From Massilicoli timonensis (lineage in GTDB: Bacteria; Bacillota_I; Bacilli_A; Erysipelotrichales; Erysipelotrichaceae): a DNA stretch of 32,000 bases. The stretch spans positions 120,001 through 152,000 of the forward strand of contig NZ_LT963433.1 of assembly GCF_900199515.1 (NCBI RefSeq). The letters are read 5' to 3'. Under the pieces are notes generated by a model. It was not told where the DNA came from and did not search any database. It saw only the letters and a program-made list of their open reading frames with translations. This document shows, one piece after another, positions 8,802-17,196 of the stretch (position 1 is the first letter of the stretch; each line of letters begins with the position of its first letter). The translations under genes were made by a program, and so were the position numbers.

Positions 8802-9180
8802 CGGTGCAGACCTCCTTGCCCATAAGAAGTTCCGTGTAAATTTTGGTGTAGCGTTCACACTCGCTGCCCTCGGAACCCGCAATGGCTCTAAGGTAGAAAT
8901 CGGCAGCCTCTTTTCTGCTGTCCCAAACTTCCGTCTGACCGTAGCAGGTAATCTTCACAGCATCCAGTTTTCGACAAATATCGACACCATACACCACATT
9001 CAAGCCGGAGCCTGTATCCCAACGAACCATGATGGATGCGGTATCATCTACGCCTCTGACCGTACCCTTTGTTCCAATAGGTGGTGCCTGTACATCTTCC
9101 ATCTGTACCAGTTCCACACGGCATCCTACAGGGTATTCTTTTCTGACACGCTCAACCGCTTCTCTATCCGGAAATCTCAT
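8794..9180 (-). CDS. DUF4314 domain protein
   Basis: YPVGCRVELVQMEDVQAPPIGTKGTVRGVDDTASIMVRWDTGSGLNVVYGVD resembles the DUF4314 signature as I recall it. ATGA overlap with the upstream gene. Confidence 0.6.
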   Translation of the reverse strand: MRFPDREAVERVRKEYPVGCRVELVQMEDVQAPPIGTKGTVRGVDDTASIMVRWDTGSGLNVVYGVDICRKLDAVKITCYGQTEVWDSRKEAADFYLRAIAGSEGSECERYTKIYTELLMGKEVCTDE

Positions 9181-10052
9181 TCTGCCACCTCCTCGACAAG
9201 GCAGTATCCACTGCCAAGTTCTTCTGCAATGTCCGCACCGATGCGTTCAGCCTCCACACTGTTTGTGGCAGTGAAGATTTTGAAGTTATCATCGTCAAGT
9301 TCCACTCGGTAGGTCTTTTCCGTTTTCGGTGCCTTAAAAGCACTGCTGCCGGAAAGGTTGCGGAGCAGGATTTTTCGCTCGGTCTTGTATTCATTTCCGA
9401 TAAAGCCGAGGCGGAGGAGAAAACAGCGGAATGCGTATTTCTCATTGTCCACCGCTTTTTCCGTGGCATTGATGCGTTTCTGATTTTTGCTCATTTCACA
9501 AAGGGCGGCAATGAAGTGGCTGTAAGCCTTGACCTCATCGGCATCCAATCCTTCTTCAAACCAAGGGAAGGAAACCCTGTCCTCGCCGATTTCGATTGGT
9601 GTTGCCGAAATGCCCAGTGCCTTCTTGATAAGACTGCCCTTGGCATCCAGAAGATTTTTAAGGTTACCGACCGCAACCTTATCAAGGGGAATCGCCACCG
9701 TAAGCCCCACCGTTTCGCCCTGTGGCTCGTTTTCGGAAGGGGCAAGGTAATCCGACGGGCAATCTTCCGTCGGCTCTTCTTCGGAAATTACGGCCTCCTG
9801 CTGTTCGCTGTCATAACGGGAGAAGTCACTCTCAAAGCCTGCATCGTAAAGATGCTCCAGAAGTCTTTCAATGACCTCGCTGTCTGCCATATCATCAAAC
9901 AGCAGGTTGCCTTCCTTGTCGATTGTGAAGTAGTCTACTTCGTATGCGCAGGAAGGGACTCCCTTATACCTGCAATCGACCTCAAGCCAGGTGGCTATGG
10001 TCTGTGCCAGTTCCTTGCGTTTTTTACCGGGAACATTGTAATGAATTTTCAT
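9177..10052 (-). CDS. Hypothetical protein (~291 aa) with an acidic central linker
   Basis: ATG at 10052 with SD TAGGAGGT; the ORF-track start at 10058 is a TTG. No catalytic motif recognised. Confidence 0.65.
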   Translation of the reverse strand: MKIHYNVPGKKRKELAQTIATWLEVDCRYKGVPSCAYEVDYFTIDKEGNLLFDDMADSEVIERLLEHLYDAGFESDFSRYDSEQQEAVISEEEPTEDCPSDYLAPSENEPQGETVGLTVAIPLDKVAVGNLKNLLDAKGSLIKKALGISATPIEIGEDRVSFPWFEEGLDADEVKAYSHFIAALCEMSKNQKRINATEKAVDNEKYAFRCFLLRLGFIGNEYKTERKILLRNLSGSSAFKAPKTEKTYRVELDDDNFKIFTATNSVEAERIGADIAEELGSGYCLVEEVAE

Positions 10053-10126
10053 GTGCAAAACCTCCTATCGTTTTGGTAGTACACATATTCGCTCTAAAAC
10101 CGATAAATAGCAAGTCATATGTGCAA

Positions 10127-10147
10127 AATATAAGGGAGAATAGTTGT
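10127..10147 (-). repeat. Copy 3 of the 21-nt motif ACAACTATT(C)TCCCTTATATT
   Basis: Minus strand reads ACAACTATTCTCCCTTATATT, just after the C5-MTase stop and 75 nt before the next ATG. Compare 17570-17590 and 17492-17512. Confidence 0.6.
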
Positions 10148-10151
10148 AGAT

Positions 10152-11969
10152 TTACACCCCTTCATTTTGTGTATAGTACACGATGCCTGTCAGCACATAC
10201 ACCACATTGGGCAGTGCCACGCCGTTGCCCCACATCTTATACTCCGCCGAGTCGGAATGAGGATTCTGCAGCCACTTGAAGATTTGTTTCCGTGTCTTTG
10301 GTTTGCTTGATGTTCCCACAATCTTACGATGTGTTTCAAAGATTTCTGCCCACCGTGTGAGTTCCTCTTCAGAAGGAAGTTTCTCACCAAGGTCAGCGCA
10401 CCACCAATCTGGAAATCCCTGGAGCCTTGCACACTCCGTAGGGGTAAGTCTGCGGACAATGTATTCCAGATCCGAATCTGTGTCATTGACAAGCGGAGGA
10501 TCTTTGTAATCCGTAGCTACTAAAGTGTTGGCAAGTTCCTCTTCCGCAGAAGTAAAGAACGATGCCTTACTGCTTGAGTAGGTGGGAACGGCAACCGCAT
10601 CGGGTCCCGTGGCTTTCAGTGTAGAATTGATGCCCTCATCACTGATTCCCATATTCCTTGCGAAGTTCTGACCGCAGTTATAACTTTCACGGTCGATAGC
10701 GTAAACAACGGCGTGACGGTCTACGGTGTTTAGGGTGTACATGACATCACTTTCCGCATAACCGTTGCCGTGGTGGGAAGGACGGGAGCCGTTGCCTTCC
10801 ACGATGGCAATGCCGCCCTGGTTGCAGGTGGGGTTACCACCGTTCCCATCAAGGGTACGGGAGGTATCTGCTTTATAAAAACCGCTGTTGGGGTTTGCCG
10901 ATTTCATGGCATTGCTGTCCTTGGAGCAGACACCAAAAGCGGTCGGCTCTACCACAAACGGCTGATTGTTTCCGCCTGTGCCGTAAGTAGCCGCCACGGT
11001 CTGTGCAACATCAAGGGGGCCCACATAGCGGGTATCCTGGGAGTGATTTTCATAAACCGTTGCAGGAACGACTCCCGCTCGGAGCGTCGGAGATTTTTCC
11101 TCCTCATAACCGATGCCACGGCTATCAGCAGAATGTTCCGTACAAAATCCCGCAGACTCCATTACGCAAGGCGGATGGTGTGCCTCGGCTCGGAGAGTGC
11201 AGGTAACATCATCGGTGACATCCATACGGTTACCACCCTGGTCATTTAAGACGATGCCTGTCGCAGGAGTGCTTTCTTCAGAAGTTCCGGCAGTTCTTTT
11301 CCACGGGCATCGGCTCGCCTCAAGATTCCCAAACAGGCCTTCTGACTCAAATAATATTTTTCCGGCACACCCACCATTAAAATCTGCGACAAGATAGATA
11401 CGTCTTCTTCTCTGGGGAACTCCCCAATACTGCGCGTCAACGCATCTCCATGCGATACTGAAACCGTCTCCCAACAGTTCTCCTGCTCCTGTCCATTTTC
11501 CTTTTGGAGGACAAGGCACAGCATAGTCGCCTTTGACGGATGCGACTGCTTCGAGGACTGCTTTGAAATCCTCTCCTGCGTTTGAGGAGAAGGCGCCGGG
11601 GACATTTTCCCACACGATGTATCTTGGATACTCACCATTGGTTTTACACCTCATTTCTTTTACGATTCGGATTGCTTCGTAGAACAGGCAGGAGCGTTCT
11701 CCATCAAGACCACTGCGTTTTCCCGCCACACTCATATCCTGGCAGGGAGAACCGAAAGTGATGATATCCACGGGGTCAATCTCCGCACCGCTTATGGTGG
11801 AGATGTCACCGAGGTGTTTCATCTGCGGAATACGCTTGCTTGTTACACGAATAGGAAAAGGCTCAACTTCCGATGCCCACAAAGGGGTAATACCGGAAAT
11901 CAAGCCTCCCAGAGGAAATCCCCCGGAGCCGTCAAAGAGGCTGCCGAGGGTCATAGGTTTTTTATTCAT
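10152..11969 (-). CDS. DNA (cytosine-5)-methyltransferase with a very large variable region
   Basis: Motif I LFDGSGGF, IV GSPCQDMS, VI WENVPG, VIII QRRRRIYLV, then about 300 aa, then TPTECARLQGFP and GNGVALP. ATG at 11969 with SD GAAGGAGGT, overlapping the upstream stop (ATGAATAA). Confidence 0.92.
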   Translation of the reverse strand: MNKKPMTLGSLFDGSGGFPLGGLISGITPLWASEVEPFPIRVTSKRIPQMKHLGDISTISGAEIDPVDIITFGSPCQDMSVAGKRSGLDGERSCLFYEAIRIVKEMRCKTNGEYPRYIVWENVPGAFSSNAGEDFKAVLEAVASVKGDYAVPCPPKGKWTGAGELLGDGFSIAWRCVDAQYWGVPQRRRRIYLVADFNGGCAGKILFESEGLFGNLEASRCPWKRTAGTSEESTPATGIVLNDQGGNRMDVTDDVTCTLRAEAHHPPCVMESAGFCTEHSADSRGIGYEEEKSPTLRAGVVPATVYENHSQDTRYVGPLDVAQTVAATYGTGGNNQPFVVEPTAFGVCSKDSNAMKSANPNSGFYKADTSRTLDGNGGNPTCNQGGIAIVEGNGSRPSHHGNGYAESDVMYTLNTVDRHAVVYAIDRESYNCGQNFARNMGISDEGINSTLKATGPDAVAVPTYSSSKASFFTSAEEELANTLVATDYKDPPLVNDTDSDLEYIVRRLTPTECARLQGFPDWWCADLGEKLPSEEELTRWAEIFETHRKIVGTSSKPKTRKQIFKWLQNPHSDSAEYKMWGNGVALPNVVYVLTGIVYYTQNEGV

Positions 11970-13227
11970 CTGCACCAACCTCCTTCACAAGGTCGGCATA
12001 CGGTATCTGCACACCGTTACGGATAACAAAGACACCGTCTGCATCACCTGTATCTTCCACATATCTGCGGAGGATGACCGATGCGTACTTTTCATCCAGT
12101 TCCATCGTATGGCAGATGCGATTGGTTCTTTCACAAGCCATCAGCGTAGAACCACTGCCACCAAAGGTGTCGACCACGATGGAATTCTCACGGCTTGAGT
12201 TTCCAATCGGGTAGGCAAGCAGGTCAAGTGGCTTGGAAGTCGGATGGTTTTTATTTTTCTTCGGCTTATCGAAGTTCCAGATGGTGGTCTGACTTCTGCC
12301 TGCGTTTTTGCTCCAGTAGTGCTTGCCGTTCTGAAGGAAACCGTAAAGCACGGGTTCGTGCTGCCACTGATAATCACTTCTGCCAAGCACCAGGGAGTTT
12401 TTCACCCAAATGCAGCAGCCGGAAAGATGAAAGCCTGCATCGATAAATGCCTTACGGAAATTCAAGCCTTCCGTATCAGCATGGAACACATAGGCAGCAC
12501 CGCCTTTTTCCAGGTGGGCAGCCATATTCTGAAATGCCGAAAGCAGAAATTCATAAAACTTCTCGCTTGCCATCTTATCGTTTTTGATGGACAGACCATC
12601 GGAACTTTCAAAGGCTACATTATATGGAGGGTCGGTCAGCACAAGGTTGGCTTTCTTACCATCCATAAGTGTTGCAACGTCATCGGGATTTGTGGCATCA
12701 CCGCACATCAGTCTGTGTCTGCCTACCGTCCACACATCACCACGTTCCACAAAGGCAGCCTTTTCCAAGGCATCGCTTAAATCAAAATCGTCCTCTTCCA
12801 CATCAGACTTATCATCTCCTGTAAAGAGGTCTGCGATTTCATCATCGTCAAAGCCTGCCAGGCCGATATCAAAATCCATGCCCTGCAAGGACTCGATTTC
12901 GATTTTTAACATCTCCTCGTCCCATCCTGCATCAAGCACCATACGGTTGTCTGCAAGGATGTAGGCTTTCTTCTGTGCCTCGGTAAGGTAGTCCACAAAA
13001 ACACAAGGCACCTCATCGATGCCTTCTTCCTTGGCAGCCATCACACGGCCGTGTCCGGCAATGATACCGTAATCCTTATCAATAATGACGGGATTGATAA
13101 AGCCGAACTCACGGAGCGAAGAACGGAGTTTCATAATCTGCTCCGGAGAATGGGTGCGGGCATTATTTACATACGGCACTAATTTTGTAATGGAAACGAG
13201 TTCCATCTGCGTTGTTGTTCTTCCCAT
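11962..13227 (-). CDS. ParB-like N-terminal domain fused to an N6-adenine/N4-cytosine DNA methyltransferase (DPPY type)
   Basis: LVPYVNNARTHSPEQIMKLRSSLREFGFINPVII...GHGR is ParB/Srx-like. LVLTDPPYNV followed by VVDTFGGSGST gives beta-class motif order. ATG at 13227 with SD TAAGGAGGG. Confidence 0.9.
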   Translation of the reverse strand: MGRTTTQMELVSITKLVPYVNNARTHSPEQIMKLRSSLREFGFINPVIIDKDYGIIAGHGRVMAAKEEGIDEVPCVFVDYLTEAQKKAYILADNRMVLDAGWDEEMLKIEIESLQGMDFDIGLAGFDDDEIADLFTGDDKSDVEEDDFDLSDALEKAAFVERGDVWTVGRHRLMCGDATNPDDVATLMDGKKANLVLTDPPYNVAFESSDGLSIKNDKMASEKFYEFLLSAFQNMAAHLEKGGAAYVFHADTEGLNFRKAFIDAGFHLSGCCIWVKNSLVLGRSDYQWQHEPVLYGFLQNGKHYWSKNAGRSQTTIWNFDKPKKNKNHPTSKPLDLLAYPIGNSSRENSIVVDTFGGSGSTLMACERTNRICHTMELDEKYASVILRRYVEDTGDADGVFVIRNGVQIPYADLVKEVGADE

Positions 13228-13237
13228 AGCACCCTCC

Positions 13238-14020
13238 TTAATACAGACCCCATTCAGCGAACTTTTCAAAACCGCCGAGGCTGTGAATGTACTGACGGGC
13301 AATGTCTACGATTTCCGCATAAGGCTTACCATCAATGGTGTCATCTCCGATGGCACAGCAAAGCTGCACAGGCTCTTTGATTTTCTGTGCCTTAAGGAAC
13401 GCATAGATATTTACAGACACATCCGCCTTGGATAAGTCCTTACCGTGCAGACCGCCACCTGTAACGGAATCAGCCATATCCGAACCGAGTTTACGGTTGG
13501 TAGCACCTGTATCTACATTGGTGCCGCCAGTCCAATCACCGAGAGGATTTACCTCTGTAAGAGGACACTTGATACGAAGAATGTCGGTCGGAGCATTACT
13601 CTGACAAACAATAAATCTGTTTCCGTCTGCGATGTATTTCCCGTCATACGGATACTCCTCATAAATTTCACGAGCCATTCTGGAAAGGTTCTTCTGCTCG
13701 GGTGTTAAAGGCATACCCTTAAAGATCCCGTTATCTCCGCAACGCACACCGTCCTTCTGATTATCCGACAGGTGCTTATCCTGGGGAACGATAACGATGT
13801 CCGTATCCATCACGCCTGCGATACGATGCACGGCGTTTATAATTTCTGCTCTGTCCAAATCTGCTGTGGTTTCAATAATGGCATGGCACACACCATGGCC
13901 GATTAAAACCTCCACAGCAATCTTCGGATTTTCTTCTTTTGCATAAGCCAGATCCACAATGGCTCCTGCGATTCTGTCTGCCACCTTGTCCGGATGGCTC
14001 GGATTTACTTTTTCAATCAT
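13238..14020 (-). CDS. Compact S-adenosylmethionine synthetase (MetK-like), 260 aa
   Basis: By-eye alignment to E. coli MetK: SHPDKVADRIAGAIVD vs GHPDKIADQISDAVLD; CGDNG vs GAGDQG; VDTGATNRK vs GDCGLTGRK; GGGLHGKDLSKADVS vs GGGAFSGKDPSKVDRS. About one third shorter than bacterial MetK. Confidence 0.8.
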   Translation of the reverse strand: MIEKVNPSHPDKVADRIAGAIVDLAYAKEENPKIAVEVLIGHGVCHAIIETTADLDRAEIINAVHRIAGVMDTDIVIVPQDKHLSDNQKDGVRCGDNGIFKGMPLTPEQKNLSRMAREIYEEYPYDGKYIADGNRFIVCQSNAPTDILRIKCPLTEVNPLGDWTGGTNVDTGATNRKLGSDMADSVTGGGLHGKDLSKADVSVNIYAFLKAQKIKEPVQLCCAIGDDTIDGKPYAEIVDIARQYIHSLGGFEKFAEWGLY

Positions 14021-14022
14021 AG

Positions 14023-14580
14023 TTAAAACCCCTTTCGTTGGTGCAATAGTCGTTCCAGGTCATCATTCGGATTCGTACCAGAGAAGTCCACGGAACAGTT
14101 TTCTTTTACGATTTGCATGATGTTGTCCCACTGCCTTGAGGCTTGGTTCATATAGTTGATGCCGATGTTGATGAACGGGGAGGTGACAGGCTTTCCGGTT
14201 GTGGGATGCTTTGATAGAAATCCCAGCTCGTTTGTCATTTCCTCGCACTGCAGCCAACGGGCAACGCACATGGCATAGCGTTCAATGGTCTGTGGGGAAA
14301 CATAACCCGCACAGCCGATGGAATTGAGCCAGTTCCAGGTATCCTCATAAATCTGCTTTGCTCTCAGTTCCGTACCGTCACGCTGCTTTGCACTGAGCAG
14401 TTCATTTGGTTTCGGCATCTGGATACCCTCCACATCGGGGATATCCAGCATCGTAAGTTTGCGACCGCCGGGGTTGCCGTTCTGAGCCTTTTCTAAATTG
14501 GACTTCGGCTTACGACCTGCACCCGGACGTTTTCCACCACGGCCGCCTGTGTTATTCGATTTTGTTGGCACATTTCTCAC
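14023..14580 (-). CDS. terS: Terminase small subunit, P27 family
   Basis: KPKSNLEKAQNGNPGGRKL...YAMCVARWLQCEEMTNELGFL resembles P27-family terS, and the gene sits downstream of HNH. The GTG start at 14580 is uncertain; the in-frame GTG at 14571 is also possible. Confidence 0.8.
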   Translation of the reverse strand: MRNVPTKSNNTGGRGGKRPGAGRKPKSNLEKAQNGNPGGRKLTMLDIPDVEGIQMPKPNELLSAKQRDGTELRAKQIYEDTWNWLNSIGCAGYVSPQTIERYAMCVARWLQCEEMTNELGFLSKHPTTGKPVTSPFINIGINYMNQASRQWDNIMQIVKENCSVDFSGTNPNDDLERLLHQRKGF

Positions 14581-14695
14581 CGTCTTTCTGTCTGCGGGTC
14601 TTATTACCCTTTTGATTTCGCAATTTTTTCACACGAAACCCCACGCCCGTTGCACGGGATAAAGGTCCCGGAGATTTTGACCGCCTTGGGCAGGG

Positions 14696-15055
14696 TCAGT
14701 GATTATGCCAACGGTCGCCGCTTTCTGCGTGTATCTTTGCATGACACGGCTTGCAGAGAGCAATCAGATTCTCTCTTGCATGAGTTCCACCCTGTGACAA
14801 CGGCAGCTTGTGATGTATCTCTTCCGTTGGTGTAAGTTTTCCTTCGGCTTGACATTTCTCACACAGCGGGTGGGCAGCCGCATAGGAATCCCTTATCCTT
14901 TTCCACGCTCTGCCGTAACGCTTACGCACAGCGGGGTCACGGTCATAGGTTTCATAGCGTTTGTTTTCCTGCTTTTCATGTTTCTCACAGAACCTCCCGT
15001 CCGTTAGGTTGGGACAGCCGGGGAAAGAACAGGGACGCGTTGGTCTTCTTGGCAC
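14696..15055 (-). CDS. HNH endonuclease (packaging-associated)
   Basis: HHKLPLSQGGTHARENLIALCKPCHAKIH. I prefer GTG at 15055 (product begins MPRRPTRPCSFPGCPN; SD GGAGGTG 6 nt upstream) over the ORF-track start at 15064. Confidence 0.9.
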   Translation of the reverse strand: MPRRPTRPCSFPGCPNLTDGRFCEKHEKQENKRYETYDRDPAVRKRYGRAWKRIRDSYAAAHPLCEKCQAEGKLTPTEEIHHKLPLSQGGTHARENLIALCKPCHAKIHAESGDRWHNH

Positions 15056-15075
15056 TCGTTTCACCTCCCTTGGGC

Positions 15076-15110
15076 ATAAGAAAAGCCCTGAAGGATTGCT
15101 CCCTCAAGGC
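15076..15110 (-). terminator. Intrinsic terminator immediately upstream of the HNH/late genes
   Basis: Minus strand GCCUUGAGGG-AGCAAU-CCUUCAGGGC forms 10 bp with two G.U pairs (C.A mismatches on plus). It is followed by UUUUCUUAU. Confidence 0.7.
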
Positions 15111-15133
15111 TTTCATCATTCTGCTTTTCGCTG

Positions 15134-15190
15134 ATTATATCATATCATAATTGCCACTGTGGTATCTTGTTGCAAAGTGTTGCAAAGTGT
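15134..15190 (-). promoter_or_regulatory. Candidate late promoter: tandem 10-mer (CACTTTGCAA x2) plus an extended -10 TGATATAAT
   Basis: Minus strand reads CACTTTGCAACACTTTGCAA-N30-TATAAT, with TG one base upstream of the hexamer (hexamer = plus 15134-15139). The repeats occupy 15169-15190, starting 8 nt after the stop of the ArpU/RinA-like gene. Confidence 0.5.
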
Positions 15191-15197
15191 GCAGGCT

Positions 15198-15623
15198 TTA
15201 TATTTTGATGGGGTTTTCCGGCATCACCACATGGTTAAGGGCACTGTTATGCCAACGGTACACCGTGGTTCTGTCGGCGTGGAGTTCATCCCCAATCTGC
15301 TCCCAGGTAAGGTTATGGATATAACGGTAACGCAGAACCATACGCTCATCGGTATTGGAAACCTCATCAATAACAGTGCGTATCTGCTTTTTCAGTTCCA
15401 CAAGGTTGTCGATTTCTGCGTTTATTTTATCTTCCAGTTCCATAATCTTAAAAACGCTGCGTACAAAAGGTGCATCCGTATTTCTTGAAGTCTGCACACG
15501 CTCCTCCCATGTGGGAGAAGAAATGCTACTCGACATTTCCCTCAATTTCCCAAGTTCCTCAATATCCGAGTTGATTCTTTGGTCAAGTCGGTATGCCTGT
15601 CCTAAATATTCTTTAACTTTCAC
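15198..15623 (-). CDS. Late transcriptional regulator, ArpU/RinA/DUF1492-like (sigma-70 region-4-like HTH)
   Basis: C-terminal ERMVLRYRYIHNLTWEQIGDELHADRTTVYRWHNSAL is region-4-like. Sits directly upstream of HNH-terS, as Firmicutes phage late activators do. GTG start in a GTGA overlap, with SD GGAGGTGG. Confidence 0.7.
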   Translation of the reverse strand: MKVKEYLGQAYRLDQRINSDIEELGKLREMSSSISSPTWEERVQTSRNTDAPFVRSVFKIMELEDKINAEIDNLVELKKQIRTVIDEVSNTDERMVLRYRYIHNLTWEQIGDELHADRTTVYRWHNSALNHVVMPENPIKI

Positions 15624-15844
15624 GATTCTTCCACCTCCGCTTGTAATTTGGAGATTAAATACTCTCCATCCACTGAGGTAAGTTCCCTATACCACGCAGA
15701 GCGGAAGAACCTCTCCACCTCATCTTTCATTATTTTCGCTGACTCATTTCTGGGCCATTTTTTCAGTTTCTTAAGGGCATCCCTGTAGTCTTTTACAGCT
15801 AACAGGACGATGCTGTTTGCAAGATTTTCATAAGGGTCGGTCAA
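15620..15844 (-). CDS. Hypothetical protein (74 aa)
   Basis: TTG start overlaps the SNF2 stop (TTGA), with SD GGAGGTG 7 nt upstream. Confidence 0.6.
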   Translation of the reverse strand: MTDPYENLANSIVLLAVKDYRDALKKLKKWPRNESAKIMKDEVERFFRSAWYRELTSVDGEYLISKLQAEVEES

Positions 15845-17196
15845 TGGGCAGCACCTCCAATTCTGGCTTTCACGGAATCGATAAGAGCCGATTGGATTTT
15901 CTCTTTTTTACGGAGTGCCTTCATCACATCCTCGTCAATGGTGTCCTTTGTAATAATATGATGGATAACAACGGTACTCTGCTGACCCTGTCTCCACAAG
16001 CGGGCGTTGGTCTGCTGATACAGTTCCAGTGACCAGGTCAACCCAAACCATATAATCGTGGAGCCGCCAAACTGGATGTTCAGACCGTGTCCTGCACTGG
16101 CAGGATGGATAACGGCAACAGGGATATTTCCGTTGTTCCAATCCTTGATGTCCTGGCTTGTTTTAATTTCTCTTACAGAAAAACGCTGTTTGATTCTCTG
16201 CAAATCGTGGTTATACCAATATGCCACAAGCACAGGCTTTCCGTTTGCACCTTCAATCAAATCCTCAAGGGCATCCAGTTTACGGTCATGGATGTGAATG
16301 ACCTCTTTTTCTTCGTTATAGACGGCACCGTTTGCCATCTGAAGAAGTTTACCGGAAAGTGCTGCAGCATTTACGGCATCAATCTCCTCATCCTTAAGGT
16401 CAACCACCATATCCTCTTTCAAGGCTTGGTACACCGACCACTCTTTTTCCGAAAGGGAAACAGGCACTTCATTGATGATGCATTCCGGCATTTTCAAGAA
16501 ATCCGCTGATTTCATGGAAATCGTAATATCCGAAATCAGTCTGTAAATGGCATCCTCCGCACCAGGTCTTGGCTTGTAGGAGAAAATCATCTGCTGATTT
16601 CTCTTATCCGGCACAAAGAAGTTGTTTCGGTAGTGGGTGATGTATCTGCCAAGCCTCTGACCCATATCAAGCACTCTAAACTCTGCCCATAAATCCATAA
16701 GACCGTTGCTTGACGGAGTACCCGTAAGTCCCACCATTCTTTTTACCGTAGGTCTTACTTTCAGAAGGCTTTTGAACCTTTTCGCTGAGTGGGATTTGAA
16801 GGAAGACAACTCATCAATCACCACCATATCAAAATCAAAGGGGATACCGCTTTTTGTAATCAGCCAGTCCACATTTTCTCGGTTGATTAAGTACAGGTGT
16901 GCGGGACGCTTTAAGGCTGCAAGCCTTTCAGCCTCCGTTCCAATTGCTACGGAATAGGTAAGACCCTCCAGATGCTCCCACTTTTCAATCTCCGCAGGCC
17001 AGGTATCCCTTGCCACACGAAGGGGAGCAATCACAAGAACCTTCTGCACTTCAAATCGGTTCAGCATCAGTTCGTATATGGCAGTCAGCGTGATGACGCT
17101 CTTACCAAGACCCATCTCAAGTAGAACCGCCGCCACCGGATGTTCCAGTATAAAATTCGTTGCATAAGTCTGATATTCATGGGGATTGTATCGCAT
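15841..17196 (-). CDS. SNF2-family helicase
   Basis: Motif I EMGLGKS, motif II VIDELSSFK, motif VI QQTNARLWRQGQ. ATG at 17196 with SD GGAGGTG. Confidence 0.9.
   Translation of the reverse strand: MRYNPHEYQTYATNFILEHPVAAVLLEMGLGKSVITLTAIYELMLNRFEVQKVLVIAPLRVARDTWPAEIEKWEHLEGLTYSVAIGTEAERLAALKRPAHLYLINRENVDWLITKSGIPFDFDMVVIDELSSFKSHSAKRFKSLLKVRPTVKRMVGLTGTPSSNGLMDLWAEFRVLDMGQRLGRYITHYRNNFFVPDKRNQQMIFSYKPRPGAEDAIYRLISDITISMKSADFLKMPECIINEVPVSLSEKEWSVYQALKEDMVVDLKDEEIDAVNAAALSGKLLQMANGAVYNEEKEVIHIHDRKLDALEDLIEGANGKPVLVAYWYNHDLQRIKQRFSVREIKTSQDIKDWNNGNIPVAVIHPASAGHGLNIQFGGSTIIWFGLTWSLELYQQTNARLWRQGQQSTVVIHHIITKDTIDEDVMKALRKKEKIQSALIDSVKARIGGAAH

Noticed and set aside
15169-15190. CRISPR-like or tandem-repeat array
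   Set aside because: There are only about 2.2 copies of a 10-mer with no spacers. No other regularly spaced repeats occur anywhere in the window.
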